This document shows, piece by piece, positions 12,191 through 23,942 of a stretch of DNA of 64,000 nucleotides; position 1 is the first letter of the stretch; every line of letters begins with the position of its first letter. Source of the DNA: Amoebophrya sp. A120 (taxonomy: Eukaryota > Protista > Dinoflagellata); assembly GCA_905178155.1 (NCBI GenBank), contig CAJINV010000006.1, positions 3,284,437 to 3,348,436 of the forward strand, given 5' to 3'. The translations under genes were made by a program, and so were the position numbers. The notes below the pieces were generated by a model. The model did no database searches and had not been told where the DNA came from. It saw nothing but the letters and a program-made list of their open reading frames with translations.

Positions 12191-14445
12191 ATGGGTTCTA
12201 TCGACAACATGAAGACTGTATGGAGAAAAAAAAGTTTGTCACAGTCACTAAGGTGCAGGGTTTGCATTACAAATTTTTTTTGCATCACAGCGGTTCCTTT
12301 TATTGCAGAAACACTAGGGAAATCCCTTATGAAGTGTGGCTGTGATGCATTTTTACGCATGGCAGACAGATTTGTCTTGCAGAAATGCCCATGAGTGATC
12401 GTGACGAACTTTTTCTTTTGATAGACCGCGAAAGACATGGAAGGCCTTCTGAAGGACTTTTGTGTGGAAGTCTCGGCCGAGCAGAACATGGACATCTCCT
12501 ACGAGCAGATCCACGAGGTTGCGGAGATCCACCTCGAGGAGAAGAAGTTCACCGACAACGCGCTGAAGACCGCGGACTGGGCGGTTTTAAGCAAGAAGAT
12601 TCCCACCCTAAAGGCGCTGGCTGTGACGGGGTGCGAATTGGAAAAGATCGCGGAGCCGGAGAAGGTGGTCGAGGAGCTGGAGGTGTTGGATTTGACCGGT
12701 AACAAAATCTCGGACTTGCACTTTCTCAAGAACTATCCAGTGCAAAAGTACTATCGTACTCGTAGTAGTTGGTGTTGGATTCCCATTATGCATCACAAAT
12801 CCTTATCTCAAGGTAAAACAGCATGACAAGGTCCATTTGTCATGCTGAGGTAATTTGTAATGCAATTACGACGAGTGCGATGCTTTTGCAATTTATAAGA
12901 ACACGGGCGGCGACAAGGTGTACGAACACGTGAAACCGGACAAGAACGACGACGGCGAGGAACAGCCGATGGAAAAAACCTCCAAGTTCCCCCGAATCGT
13001 GCACCTGACCCTGTGCGACTGCCCCAACTTGGACAAGACGGGATTCGAGGAAGGCGTGAAGCCGGGTCTGGAGGCCGTAAAAGACTCCCTGTCCATGTTA
13101 GAAGCCAACCACTTGTTCGGGTGTAAGGATGAGGACGAACTGCGAGACAAGCTGTTCAAGATGCTGCCCAGTCTGTACTGCTTCAACGACAAGGACGTCA
13201 CTGGCGTATTGTGAGGAAAAATCCCCCCTCCCCATATCAAAACGGAAATCTTTGATGCAGATTTGTGGCCACAAATCAGCTTTGTCATGCTAGAAGGGAA
13301 ATAAAGATGCGGGCTGTAGCGCAGGGGAGCGTGCTGGTAAAGCCTTGCATCTTCAGCATGACAGGAGGCGGCTGGAATGGGGAAACAGCATGACAAATTT
13401 CCTGCCAACGAGGCCACGACTGCGGCTCTTGGCGTTCTAGCAATACAAGTCGACTTGTGTACTCAAATACAGCATCACGAGTTTCGTTTTCGACATGGGG
13501 AGGGGGGATTTGTCCTTTTGATATGCGGAGCCGGTTGACCACTCTCTCGAGGAGGAAAACTTTGCGGACCTGTCCCCGGCGGATATTGAGGAATTCGAGC
13601 AATTGATGGCAATGGAAGGTGGGGAAGACGACGAGGAGGAGGATATTGTGAGCAAAAACGTCCCCACCCCAGAGTTGTCATGCATATCTGCATGCTCGAA
13701 ATGTTTGTCATGCGGAGCCCCATGAGAAGCTTTTTCTAGCTGTGTTTTGGGATTTGTCAAGCTATAATCAGCATGATATGCTAGACCTGTGATGCTGCTG
13801 AACTACTTAAACAGGATTACGCTACAAGGACAAGCCAAGGACAAGCTTGTCATGCGCAACAACGAAAGCTGGTAGAGATTTGTCTAGCAGATTCCACATC
13901 TTGACTCTGGGGTGGGGACGTTTTTACTTAGGATAGAGGACGATGAAGACGCTGTGGTTGGAGAGGAAGGCGACGAGGATGACGAGGACGACGAAGAAGA
14001 AGAGGAGGAGGACGATATCCCGTGTAAAATAAACGTCCCCGCCATCTCCTCGTTCCGCCGTCCAGAGTTGTATAATATGCAAACCTGCGACTGCGTCATG
14101 CCTAAAATGTTTCTCATGCGCGTCCACTCGAGTGCGAGCTGCATCATTTTCTAATGCTATCTGGGAACTTCTGATGCGAGAATACGGATGAGATGGCCAA
14201 TTTGTAGTGATCATGCCGCTCCTGCACTAGCGAAACGCGTTTTTTATGCTACGAGTAGTCTAAACGTGTCATGTGCAGCATGAGTCAAAGCTTGTTGATC
14301 TGTGTAGCAAAGTCTCCAGCACGATCGTGCTGACTCTGGGGAGGTGCTGGTGGGGACGTCGCTTTTACTCAGGATAGAAGAGGAGGAAGAGGGTGAAGAA
14401 GACGAAGAGGAAGAACCGGCCGCCAAGAAGGCCAAGACGGAGTAA
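12191..14445 (+). CDS. ANP32-like leucine-rich-repeat protein with acidic tail and C-terminal NLS, 5 introners
   Basis: LRRs (LEVLDLTGNKISDL, IVHLTLCDCP), LRR-cap-like LRDKLFKMLPSLYCFN, D/E-rich tail, ends PAAKKAKTE-TAA. Confidence 0.8.
12219..12423. mobile_element. Introner family F (AAAAGTTTGTCACAGTCAC)
   Basis: TSD gactg/gaccg; very similar to 51519-51738. Confidence 0.9.
12734..12897. mobile_element. Introner family B
   Basis: Perfect TSD agaac. Confidence 0.95.
13207..13523. mobile_element. Introner family C
   Basis: TSD tggcg/tgcgg, frame restored. Confidence 0.9.
13644..13935. mobile_element. Introner family J (AAAAACGTCCCC)
   Basis: Perfect TSD gagga. Confidence 0.95.
14016..14376. 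mobile_element. Introner family J
   Basis: TSD gacga/gaaga. Confidence 0.9.
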
Positions 14446-16003
14446 AAGAAAACGTCGACGTTGTTTTGCTAGAAGTTCGAGAAGAAGATTGAGGACCACT
14501 TACAATATTGACATTAGCTCCACATCATCTCATGGTTTGGTGCTGAAACAAGAACGGGTCTGATATATTTTTCCTCCAAGAACGCCAAACAATAGTATAT
14601 CATGACGCAACTACGGGAGGGTGCTTTGCGACAACGTACTGCAACATGAAAACTCAAACTCAATGAAGCAAATATAATTTTTCTAGTTTTACTACACGAA
14701 ACTATTGACAACTATTGCAACGAACGATTTTTACTACTATGATCCAGGACCATGATTGCCAACACCACGACGCCTGATAGAAGCCAAACCTTGACCTGCA
14801 CCTTCTATAATTCTGCCTGCAAAACAACCTACACAACGACTTTTCTAGACAGAAATACGATTCATCTACTGTCTGTGGTTGCACGAGGAGAACCCACGAC
14901 CAGGAGGATCACTCATTCTCTGCTGCCTCAACCTGTAAAAACTATGTCTACAAAGAACTAGCGCCCTGCTGGATCGTGTTTAGTACCACGCTTTTGGAGA
15001 TTATGTACTACTTACACCAGAGAATATTAAACGCAAAAAAACACAAAAACGAAAAAATCCTTCGGCGTGAAAAATCGAATTCGGCGGATAGGAAAACGGC
15101 GATCATGCTTCAGCTACCGAATGTCTGCAACTCAAGATAGCGCCGTGCTTCTCTATAGAAACAAGCACTGCGGAACCAGAAGCAAAGCCAAATGCTAGCA
15201 CAACACTAACGACTAGAGGAGCAGTGCAATACCTTCGCGGATGACGAGGTGGAAAGATGCTTTCGTGCATCAACTGACTCGCTTTTTTCGATTCGATCGT
15301 TGGAGACCAAAAAAATACGAAAATAACAACTCTTGTGCGTGTTGCCGCGCTTGTCATACTCATACGGCAGCTCTATTGTTTATCTGCACCGCCCGTCGGC
15401 TAAGTTGTTCTAGTCGAAATTTATTCGCGGGGTCCTCGCATCTCCCCGTGTTTCGTTGAAAAGCTCGCAGGATAAAAACGTTCCTCGCGAGGGTGAATAG
15501 AGTAAGGATCCCCGCGTTGTAGTTTCCTCGATGACGAGTAGCGCTGAGAGCAGATGATCACCACGATGATCCCCGCGTCGTTTTTCGTCTTCGACCTGAG
15601 CGGGACGATGCAACAGAAGCCTTCTTCGATTTTCGATTTTTTTTCTCGTCGAATAGTTGCCACAAAGCATAGTACGAAAACGAAGTTAATAGTATACGTC
15701 TGTGAAGAAAGAACAGCGTACGACGTCGTCTGGGTCGTCGTCGGGTGAGGCTTGATGCGCGACAGCATCGTTGCTTCGGTCTTCGCTGAGTTTTTTGATG
15801 ATTAGTGGTTCGGTGATCATAAGTACTTCTGTGGAACTGGCAAAGAAATAAGTATTCAAGTTGTGGAACTACAAAATTTCGAACAGCTACAAGACTGCAG
15901 TAGCTAGGAGCACACTGTCACTGGTGACCACCGGTTGTAGACCACGCATTTATTGTTCGCTTGTGATCATTCTCACTGCCACAATCAGAAAGAACAAGAA
16001 GTG

Positions 16004-17135
16004 ATGTCTTCCTCGCGCCGCGTTCCCCTTCCGGACAACGCTGGGCTGTGCCTGTCCCACCAGGGGGCCATGTACAACCTCATGATGAAACAGCGGGCGG
16101 AGCTGCAGGTGGAGCAGACCCGGCAGTACCAAAATCTGGTCCGCGACCGCGAGGAGCGGGAGAACCGCGCGAAACTTGAAGAGGAGCGGTTGCGGAAGGA
16201 GAAAAAGGAGAAGGATCGGAAAAAGGCCGAGGAAGAGCGGGCGAAGGCGTACCAGGAAGCGGTGGAGAACAAGGGGCGGTACGAAGAGATGGTGCGGAAC
16301 CGCGAGGCGGAGAAGAAACGCGCGGAAATGGCCGAGCGCGAGCGGACTGCTCTCAGGAACGCCGCAAACCAGCGCGCGTACGAAAGAATGATGCAGAAAC
16401 AGGAACAGCAGAAAAAAGACCGCGAACTCTCGATCTAGCCAAGAGGAAAGTGCATACATAACAGAGAAATCGATAGAAAACTGTGCTTCGCGTTTAAGTG
16501 TCACATCAAAGGGTCTGTTTGTCCGGAGCATGACATTTAAGAATTATCACGATTTTTCTTTCCGGGCTGCTCTCTAGATGTCAGGAAATTAAAATTTCCT
16601 CTTTTGGTGTCTCTGCATTACAGAATGGCGCCAATTTAGCAGCACAATTTTTCTTCCTTCCCGCTATGGGTGTACTTTTCTCTGTGATACTACCCGGCTG
16701 CTGAAAGAGGAGCGGGAGCGGAAAACGAACCAGACACAAGCTGTATCCTGAGTAAAAGCGTCCACACCCCCAGAAGAGTTGTCAGGCAGATTTGCATATA
16801 TCTTTATCTACCGGTACCGGAACAGCCAGCACTTGCTGCTGTATTGCGCATCCGTATGAGATGCATTTGATGTAGGCGTGTTTTGGTATTCGTAATGCTG
16901 TAACCCGGATAAGCACAAGCAGATGGCTTCATTCTCCCTTTGTGATCATACAGCTGTCCTCTTTGCTCCTGCGCTACACTACATGACAGCGAGAAACCTG
17001 TGGTGCCCAAAGCTTTTGGAGTTGTGTTGCAGAGTTCTCAACTTGACTAGGGGGCGTGGACGTTTTTGCACAGGATAAGGTAGAGGACTGCCGGCGAAAA
17101 GACGGAGAACCAATGCCCAGCAGGCCGGGGATTGA
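16004..17135 (+). CDS. Hypothetical charged coiled-coil protein with C-terminal NLS-like PAKRRR, 2 introners
   Basis: ATG 16004; E/K/R-rich helix; the ORF-track stop at 16438 is the eroded introner end; splicing gives ELSIRLLKEERERK..LPAKRRR..-TGA. Confidence 0.75.
16436..16689. mobile_element. Introner, left end eroded (TAG)
   Basis: TIR agaggaaagtgcatacata/tatgggtgtacttttctct, TSD cgatc/ctacc, frame restored. Confidence 0.75.
16744..17077. mobile_element. Introner family J
   Basis: TATCCTGAGTAAAAGCGTCC..GGACGTTTTTGCACAGGATA, TSD agctg/aggta. Confidence 0.85.
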
Positions 17136-18421
17136 ACGTAGTACGAAACGCACTTAAGTGAGGCAACATGTTTGAATAACGTAAAAAGGTGCTGTCCTGG
17201 AAAGTTCCATTTACAGAGTTCATCACCCTAGTATTTATGGAAAGCTCGGTCTATCACCATAGATGCCGAGGAAGATAGAACCCGCCAGCATGAGAATTCA
17301 TCCAAAAAACAAAACGCCAGGTGGTCTTCCTCGTCTTAGCCACTCGCGCAAGGTCAAGGCGTGGCGTTCTTCTCTGTTGTGGACCGACAACTACGCAGCA
17401 CCACTCTGTTACTGGCCTCTTCCTTAGTTGTCGCCCCGTACCACCTTTCGTTTTCCTTTCTAGTATGCTGTGTGTGTGTGTGTTGTGACTGTGCACTGTG
17501 AGCGTACTGCGTCTATTAATTACAACTGGTACCACTCTCAGTACGTTTTAACTTGAAGTGAACTTCATCTATAGTTGTGCTTCTCGTTAGACTTCTTGTT
17601 TGCAGCTACAACTGCAGAGAAGTGGTTGTAGCGCGGGGCTGCTCGTCGTCTACTGATGTACGGGTCAAGATTAGCCTGAGCTATAGCAAAAATGAACTTC
17701 CCGTTTTGATGTTTTCACAACTCTTGTTAAAGACACTACTACCATTGGTTTGTTGACAAGATGATCAATGAATGTACAGAATCTGTTGCTGCAGATAATT
17801 GCAAAGGCGCCGAGATTTGTAAAATTGGAAGTGACCACTGGCTAAGACTCACTTGCAAGACGAGTAGCATTCACTTCGCTCGTCTAGTCTTCCATTGTGC
17901 GAAGCTGCCACATACTTGCCCCACTACAATGTTCTTATCAGTGCAAGGAGCGCCTCTAGCGCCTCGCCTCCCTGTTCGCCCAGTTACGAGATTGCCTCTG
18001 CGACTGCGATCAAATTTTTTAGACCACAGAGCCAGACTCTACGTGTGGTTCGCTAAAGTAGAAGAGGAGAGATGCCTTCAAATAGTATTCCTCGAACTCC
18101 GCTGCATGCGAAAAAAATAAAATCGGTTGCTTGATCCTTTGTACAATTGGAACTAGAATTGATCTTGATCGGTCTTCAAACATGCAAATGAGTATAAAAA
18201 TCGTTTGCGCCTGAGCTCCTAAAGTGTGTCAGTAAAGAAGTAGACACAACAAGATCAACATCATAGCAAGTCTCGGTTAGACAAGAAGAAAAGGAAGATG
18301 ATGTCAATCCTGCTCGGACTCGGTGCTGTTCAAAAAATATGTATGAAGCAAGTGCTGTGAGTTTTATGCAGCTCTGGAAGCATTGCTATTGGTATATCTT
18401 CGCCCAGTTGATCTCTTGTTG

Positions 18422-19547
18422 ATGGAGTACGAAAAGGAAAAACTCGCCCTCCTCTCTTCCCTCCCATCGACGTTGCATTGCAACAGAGAGTATCAACTGC
18501 AAATATGTCTGGGTCTGGAAGAATGCAAGCTTGTCTTCACGCACCTTTTGCATGAGCCATGATGTCTTCGATGTCTGTCCTAGCATCACAGATTTTTTGA
18601 GGGCGCCTTTATGGCTATCCCGCATCACAAATACCCTGTCCGCGTAGCAAAAATTGAACTTCTTTTGCTGCTTGTGCAATACAGATTTGCTCGAAATCCA
18701 AAAGCAGCATCACAAATTCCTTCCTCGTCCAGACCCAGACATATTCGCAGTTCATAGGGAGCCCGTCGCGACCGCCACCCTCACCTCACTATCTCCGATC
18801 ATCCCGGTTACCAACCGGGTCATCGAGAATCGGCTGAAAATCCTTTTGAAGCAAAAATCTGGCGCTTCCACCCTGTGCAAGGAGTACGCGGAACGGCTAG
18901 ACAAATTTCTGCACGGTCTTGCTTTCAAACACCCGAAGGAAAAGATTGCACAGCTTGCGTTTCCAGGACTATCAAAAGAGGACCTTGATGTTTTCGGGGC
19001 TAAAGTGGGGCGGGAACAGTTTTTGCTGAAGCACTCGGGGCGGAACGTGGTGGTGGTAAAGAACAACGAGCAAAATCAAAAAGAGCTACAACTACGTGAA
19101 ATACAGCCGGTGGCAACTGGTGCTGCATCTGCCTCTTCCTCATCTGCAGCAGCTCCTGTGAGAAATACTATTTACAAGAACGCAGCCACCACCAGCTCAT
19201 CAGACATCTACTTTTTTGGTCCGGCTTCTTCGGCTCCGAACGGCGCCGGGAAGGAAGTAGAAGACGAAAAGATGGATCTGTGTGCGAACGACTTGAAGGT
19301 GAAGCACATCGACAAGCTAAGCACCATAATTCTCGGCGCCGCCAGTCCGGCGAAACGTCAGCAGCCGATGGACGTAGATGAGGAAAGTAAAGATGTCAAC
19401 TCTGAGATGGCGGTGGAGGCGCCTCCGCTGGATGTTGAACAGCATCACAACAACAATGATCCCGCCAACGAAGAACTTCGCTCTGGCGCAACCGATGATG
19501 GAATTTGCTTGGATTTTTTTGCTATTTTTCACGAAAAAAACTGTTGA
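18422..19547 (+). CDS. Hypothetical protein, 1 introner (3' end uncertain)
   Basis: ATG 18422 in frame with ORF 18654-19547 after introner removal; no recognised domain. Confidence 0.6.
18491..18756. mobile_element. Introner family A
   Basis: TSD gagag/gggag. Confidence 0.9.
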
Positions 19548-19755
19548 AAGATGAAATGTCCGGTGGAGGGGCGTCGCCGGTGGGATCACTTGGCGACTAG
19601 TGCAAGACCTCTCAATGGGTCCGGGTCATCTTCAGGATATTGGAGTAGATCAACCGACCTAATACGGGGCCCCATATAGAAAAAACGCCGACTAGCGCCT
19701 CTCTGTGCGCAAAAGCGACGCCATAAACACAGGTGGGAAAATAGTACACATCCGA

Positions 19756-19802
19756 CCACACCCCCCGCCACACCCCCCACCACACCCCCCGCCACACCCC
19801 CG
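19756..19802. repeat. Short tandem repeat, ~4 x 12 bp (CCACACCCCCCR)
   Basis: Visible directly. Confidence 0.8.
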
Positions 19803-20246
19803 CGCCTGCCAGTTCGGCGCTTTTTGGAGGAGGTTGTGGAATTGGTTTGGAAGAACTTGGAAAAATCTGGAACTTTGCTCCTCCCGATTGGTAGCTGATG
19901 CCTGAAAATTTTTCCATTTCCGGCCAGATTTTTCCAGCTCTTCTCCACAGGCATTCCATTTTGCCTAGAGCCAGAGCATTCTGCCAACTGTGGCAGGAGC
20001 TGCTCGCTCAAGGTTGAGGGGTGGGCCTGGGTGTTAGGTGGTAAGTGTTGCACTTTGTTTCGAAATTTGTGTTGCGTCTGTTTGGCCGGTTGACTGCGTT
20101 CCAAAGTCAACGCCTGACAGGGTGTAGCGTTCGGCGGTGCTATAGTTTTTTCTTCCTTTTATGCCCACTAGCTTGCTTGGTGTAGAAGTACTCCTCTTCT
20201 GGTCGATGTTGATAGCGAGAGAAGGGCGCCCATTCTAAAAATTTGA

Positions 20247-20675
20247 AAAAGTGAAAAGCTGAAAAAATCCAACTACCTTATTTCATCGGGCGCTCCACAG
20301 CGAAAAGAACCAGACGAGCGTGCTCTATTGCTGCTGGAGAGAAGAGAGCGAGAGAGTCGTTCTGAACGGCAGGGGGTCCGCAACAGGGCAGTCGCGTTGC
20401 ACGCAGCTCTCCTCCAGGAGCTCGCTACCCACCTGACCAGGCTGCATGACAAATCCAAATCCCACACCTTCCTCACTTCCGCGGTGCAGCTCTTTACCGG
20501 CGACGCGGCGGAAACAATTTGCAACCGGTGCAGCGATATGCAACTTTGCAAAAGAAGGTCTACGTGTATCGCACTTACGAAGTGGAAATTCTTGTATCAC
20601 AAGTTTATATTTTTTCAAGAGAAGCAGAAATGGATTTTGTAATGCTGAGATCGGCACCGAGTGCATTGCCTCATA
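20247..20675 (+). pseudogene. Orphan coding-like segment followed by a degenerate family B introner (~20537-20675)
   Basis: Open frame 20247-20536 without ATG, then TATGCAACTTTGCAAAAG..GTATCGCACT; no downstream exon found. Confidence 0.35.
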
Positions 20676-21184
20676 CATAATTGCTCAAGTAATTGAATTT
20701 CATACATGCAATGCAATGCAACTGAAAAATATTGCTCAAGTAATCATTCATGCATGCAATGCAACTGAAAAATATGTATTGCTATTGGTATATCTTCGCC
20801 CAGTTGATCTCTTGTTGATCTCTTTCTGGTCTCGACCCTCCACAGGATCCTTCTATCTCATGTTTACCTAATTTACATAAACGTATAATCTTCTTGAAAA
20901 TTATCGGAATACTCTACCCCTAGAGTTTAACACGAGAAACAAGTAGCGCGCTGAGCAGTATAAATTCATTTTATCTACGCCACACCACGACCGCCCCAAC
21001 CTAAAACTCCATCTCATTATTTTCGAAGGCGCAAGGACTTCTCGAACTGTTGCTAAGAAGCTAAGTAACTGTCAAAGACCTAACACCCCAAGAATTTCTC
21101 TTTCGCTCGGCCGTCAAAGTAAGTAGTAGCGCTACCTAATTTGATAGAATACGACTCTGAGTTGCAGCAGTGTCTTTATCCAAA

Positions 21185-22421
21185 ATGCCGTCCTCTTCCA
21201 AGATGATGAAGGTTCTCCTCGTCGCGGGATGTGCCGCTTGCTCAGGTGTGCTCGGGGCGTCGAATCAGAAGTTTTTGAGTCCCCAGGAGCAGCGCAGGAG
21301 GCAAATGGAGGAAATGACTTGGCAAAAGCAGCGGGACTATCACATGCAAATATGCCACCTGGAGGGTCTGGAAGGTGGGTGCAAGATCTGTCATGCAAAT
21401 TCCGCATGTTGGCACGGGCAGAAGTATGAAATACCAGCGTTGCCCTAGCAGCACACGTTTTGAGGAGGCTCCGCAATGCCTATGCCATGTGACAAGTGCC
21501 ATCTCCGGGCGCTCAATAGAAGTGAGCGGCTTTTGCCGCTTAGTGGTGTGCACAATGTTTTTGCGTTGCCGCTGCCCAGATCTAGTATGACAAAGTCGGT
21601 CTCTACTTCCAGATGACCCAGGAGAGACGTTTGCAATGCATATACGGGCGCAGAGATTGCAACAAGAGCGAGAAGAGCAGAAGCGATTGGCCGATGAAGC
21701 AGCGACTGCGAGCCTGGCTAAAGACTCCGCCTCGAATAGGAAGTTTTTGAGTCCCCAGGATCGTGCTGAAAATCGAATTGCAGCCCAAGGCCTACTGAAA
21801 GACGCTTATACGCGAACTGCAGCCGCTGAAGCAGCTGCTTCCGAGAAAGTCAAGGAGTATCAAGTGCAAATATGCCACCTGGAGGGTCTGGAAGGTGGGT
21901 GCAAGATCTGTCATGCAAATTCCGCATGGCACGGGCAGAAGTATGGAGTACCACCAGCGTAGCCGTAGCAGCACACGTTTTGTTGAGAAGGCTCCGCAAT
22001 GCTTATGCTATGTGAGAAGTGCCATCTCCGGGCGCCGAATACAGTGAGCGCGGACTGTTGCTGCTTGTGCAAGAGTAGTTCCGCAATATTTTTGCGTTGC
22101 CCCCCAGATCTAGCATGACAAAGTCGGTATCTTCCAGATGACCCAGAAACGTTTGCAATGCATATTGAACGACCGCTAGAAAATTATGAAGAGCCTCCTC
22201 CCAAGCAAAGTATGAAGGCATTCCATCAGCACCTGAGGGACCTCGAGTCGCAAGAGGATCCTCGCTTCGGCAAAGAACATCGCCAGCGGGCTGAGGAAGC
22301 CAGGAACCGGCCTGATGTTGTTCCGACGAACAGAGACGTTAATCGTTGGGAAGTGAGCAGCCCCCGCCGGGTAGTCAAGTTGAATATGCCTATGCCTGCC
22401 CCCATCCAAAATGATAAGTAG
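21185..22421 (+). CDS. Putative secreted protein with internal ASN(Q/R)KFLSPQ repeat, 2 introners
   Basis: Signal-peptide-like MKVLLVAGCAACSGVLGA; three ORF segments join in frame by the element+5 nt rule. Confidence 0.7.
21338..21642. mobile_element. Introner family A, derived variant
   Basis: TAT..ATA, TSD decayed, frame restored. Confidence 0.85.
21858..22164. mobile_element. Introner family A, derived variant (near-copy of 21338-21642)
   Basis: Shares private insertions with the previous copy; frame restored. Confidence 0.85.
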
Positions 22422-23942
22422 AGAAGGTGGGGGATGAGAAGTAGAGAAGTTGGGGGAAATAAAATCGACGATCCCGCCGCACTTATCAAGAATTTTCGTT
22501 GCAAAGCCAAAGTGTATATTTATACATTGCCGCGAAAAAAGGCACTTTGCTTCTTTATTTCCAGATGATGAAAATAAAAAATACCTAAGGTCGTGAAAAA
22601 GTGCTACTTGGATAGAAAGTCCCTAATTCCAAACAACATCGTCCACCACGACGATCTAGAGCAGCCCTCGTGTTTATGTGTTTTTTCCACTCCCCCTGTG
22701 CTCTTCCTGAAAAGGTTGAAAAAATGCTCTTTGGATGGGTGGCCCACGAGGACGAAAGCGCATTCCGCCCCATCAGAAATATTAAAAGACATGTTCCATC
22801 GAACAAATTGAAGGCCTTGCTCCTTGACAAAGGAGAAGGTAATGAGTGAAACTCGTACTTAGTAAAGAAGAACTTCAGACGCTAACCCAAAAAGTAGGAA
22901 GTACTCGTCAATTAACACTCTATATTTACATAGTATGTTGGTTCTTGGTCTAGAGCGACCGCCCATAAACTTCTACAATTCCTAACACGAAGATGAAGAA
23001 GATTCCTGCCCGAAAGCCAAAATAACCACGAGGAATCAACAAACAAGCAGTGATCTTGATTTATCGAAGAAATAAGCTCGCCTAAGTTCGTCGCGGACAT
23101 GTTGCTGCACTCCGCGCATGTTGAATGATGCACATACAAATTCTACTTCGAACATGATTCAGGATGAAGATTTCCGCACGGACCGCGTTCAGACGAGGAA
23201 TGAGGCCGCGCGGGGGATCTGCATCGAAAAACCGTTGTATTTATGCTATAATATTCATCAAACTGAATCGCAGCACGACGACGCTAGTGGCGAAGAAAAC
23301 AAGCAACCGACTTCTAGTGAGGTGGACCACGCTAGTGCCCCCGTATTTGTTGTCAAAAAGACTACAATACGGTGAGCAGTAGGGATTTTTGGTTGAGGAC
23401 CTTGATGATGTTCTTGCTGTGTGCGGGGGGACGTCCTGTCCACTGTTGCGTCGTCTTGGAACGAAACTTCTGAGGCCCTGCTTTTCATCTTGTTCGCTTC
23501 GACTTGAAATCTTTGTCTTTGTTCGTCCCACTTAATCGACTAAAAGCCCGTTTGTTTTAAGATCAGGAACGTCGCAGGCTGTTCGTCGAGATAATTGAGA
23601 GGAGGAACGCAGGCTCTTTCTTCATGGACAGGGACGACCGCAGCTGGACCTGCACCCGGAGTGGTTGAGAGCAAAAAAATATCGTGAGTGATAATTATTT
23701 CGCAATTGATATATAATTTCTGGTCAGCATCTGCATCACACACACACCAATCACTTCCGTGTGCATAATTGAGGAGATCTTCATCTTCAGAATTATAGCG
23801 AAGAGTTCCGGTAGTTCTTGAAAATGATTATTGATCGTCCTCGTCCAGGAAGAAATGAAAATCTATGTTTGACGATCCTGAGCGAACGCGATGAGAGGTA
23901 GTCGAAGTACAACTACCTAAACGCACTAGTATGTGATCTGAA

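Noticed and set aside
22593-23382. Short ORFs upstream of the retroelement
   Set aside because: No motif or splicing evidence to support a gene.
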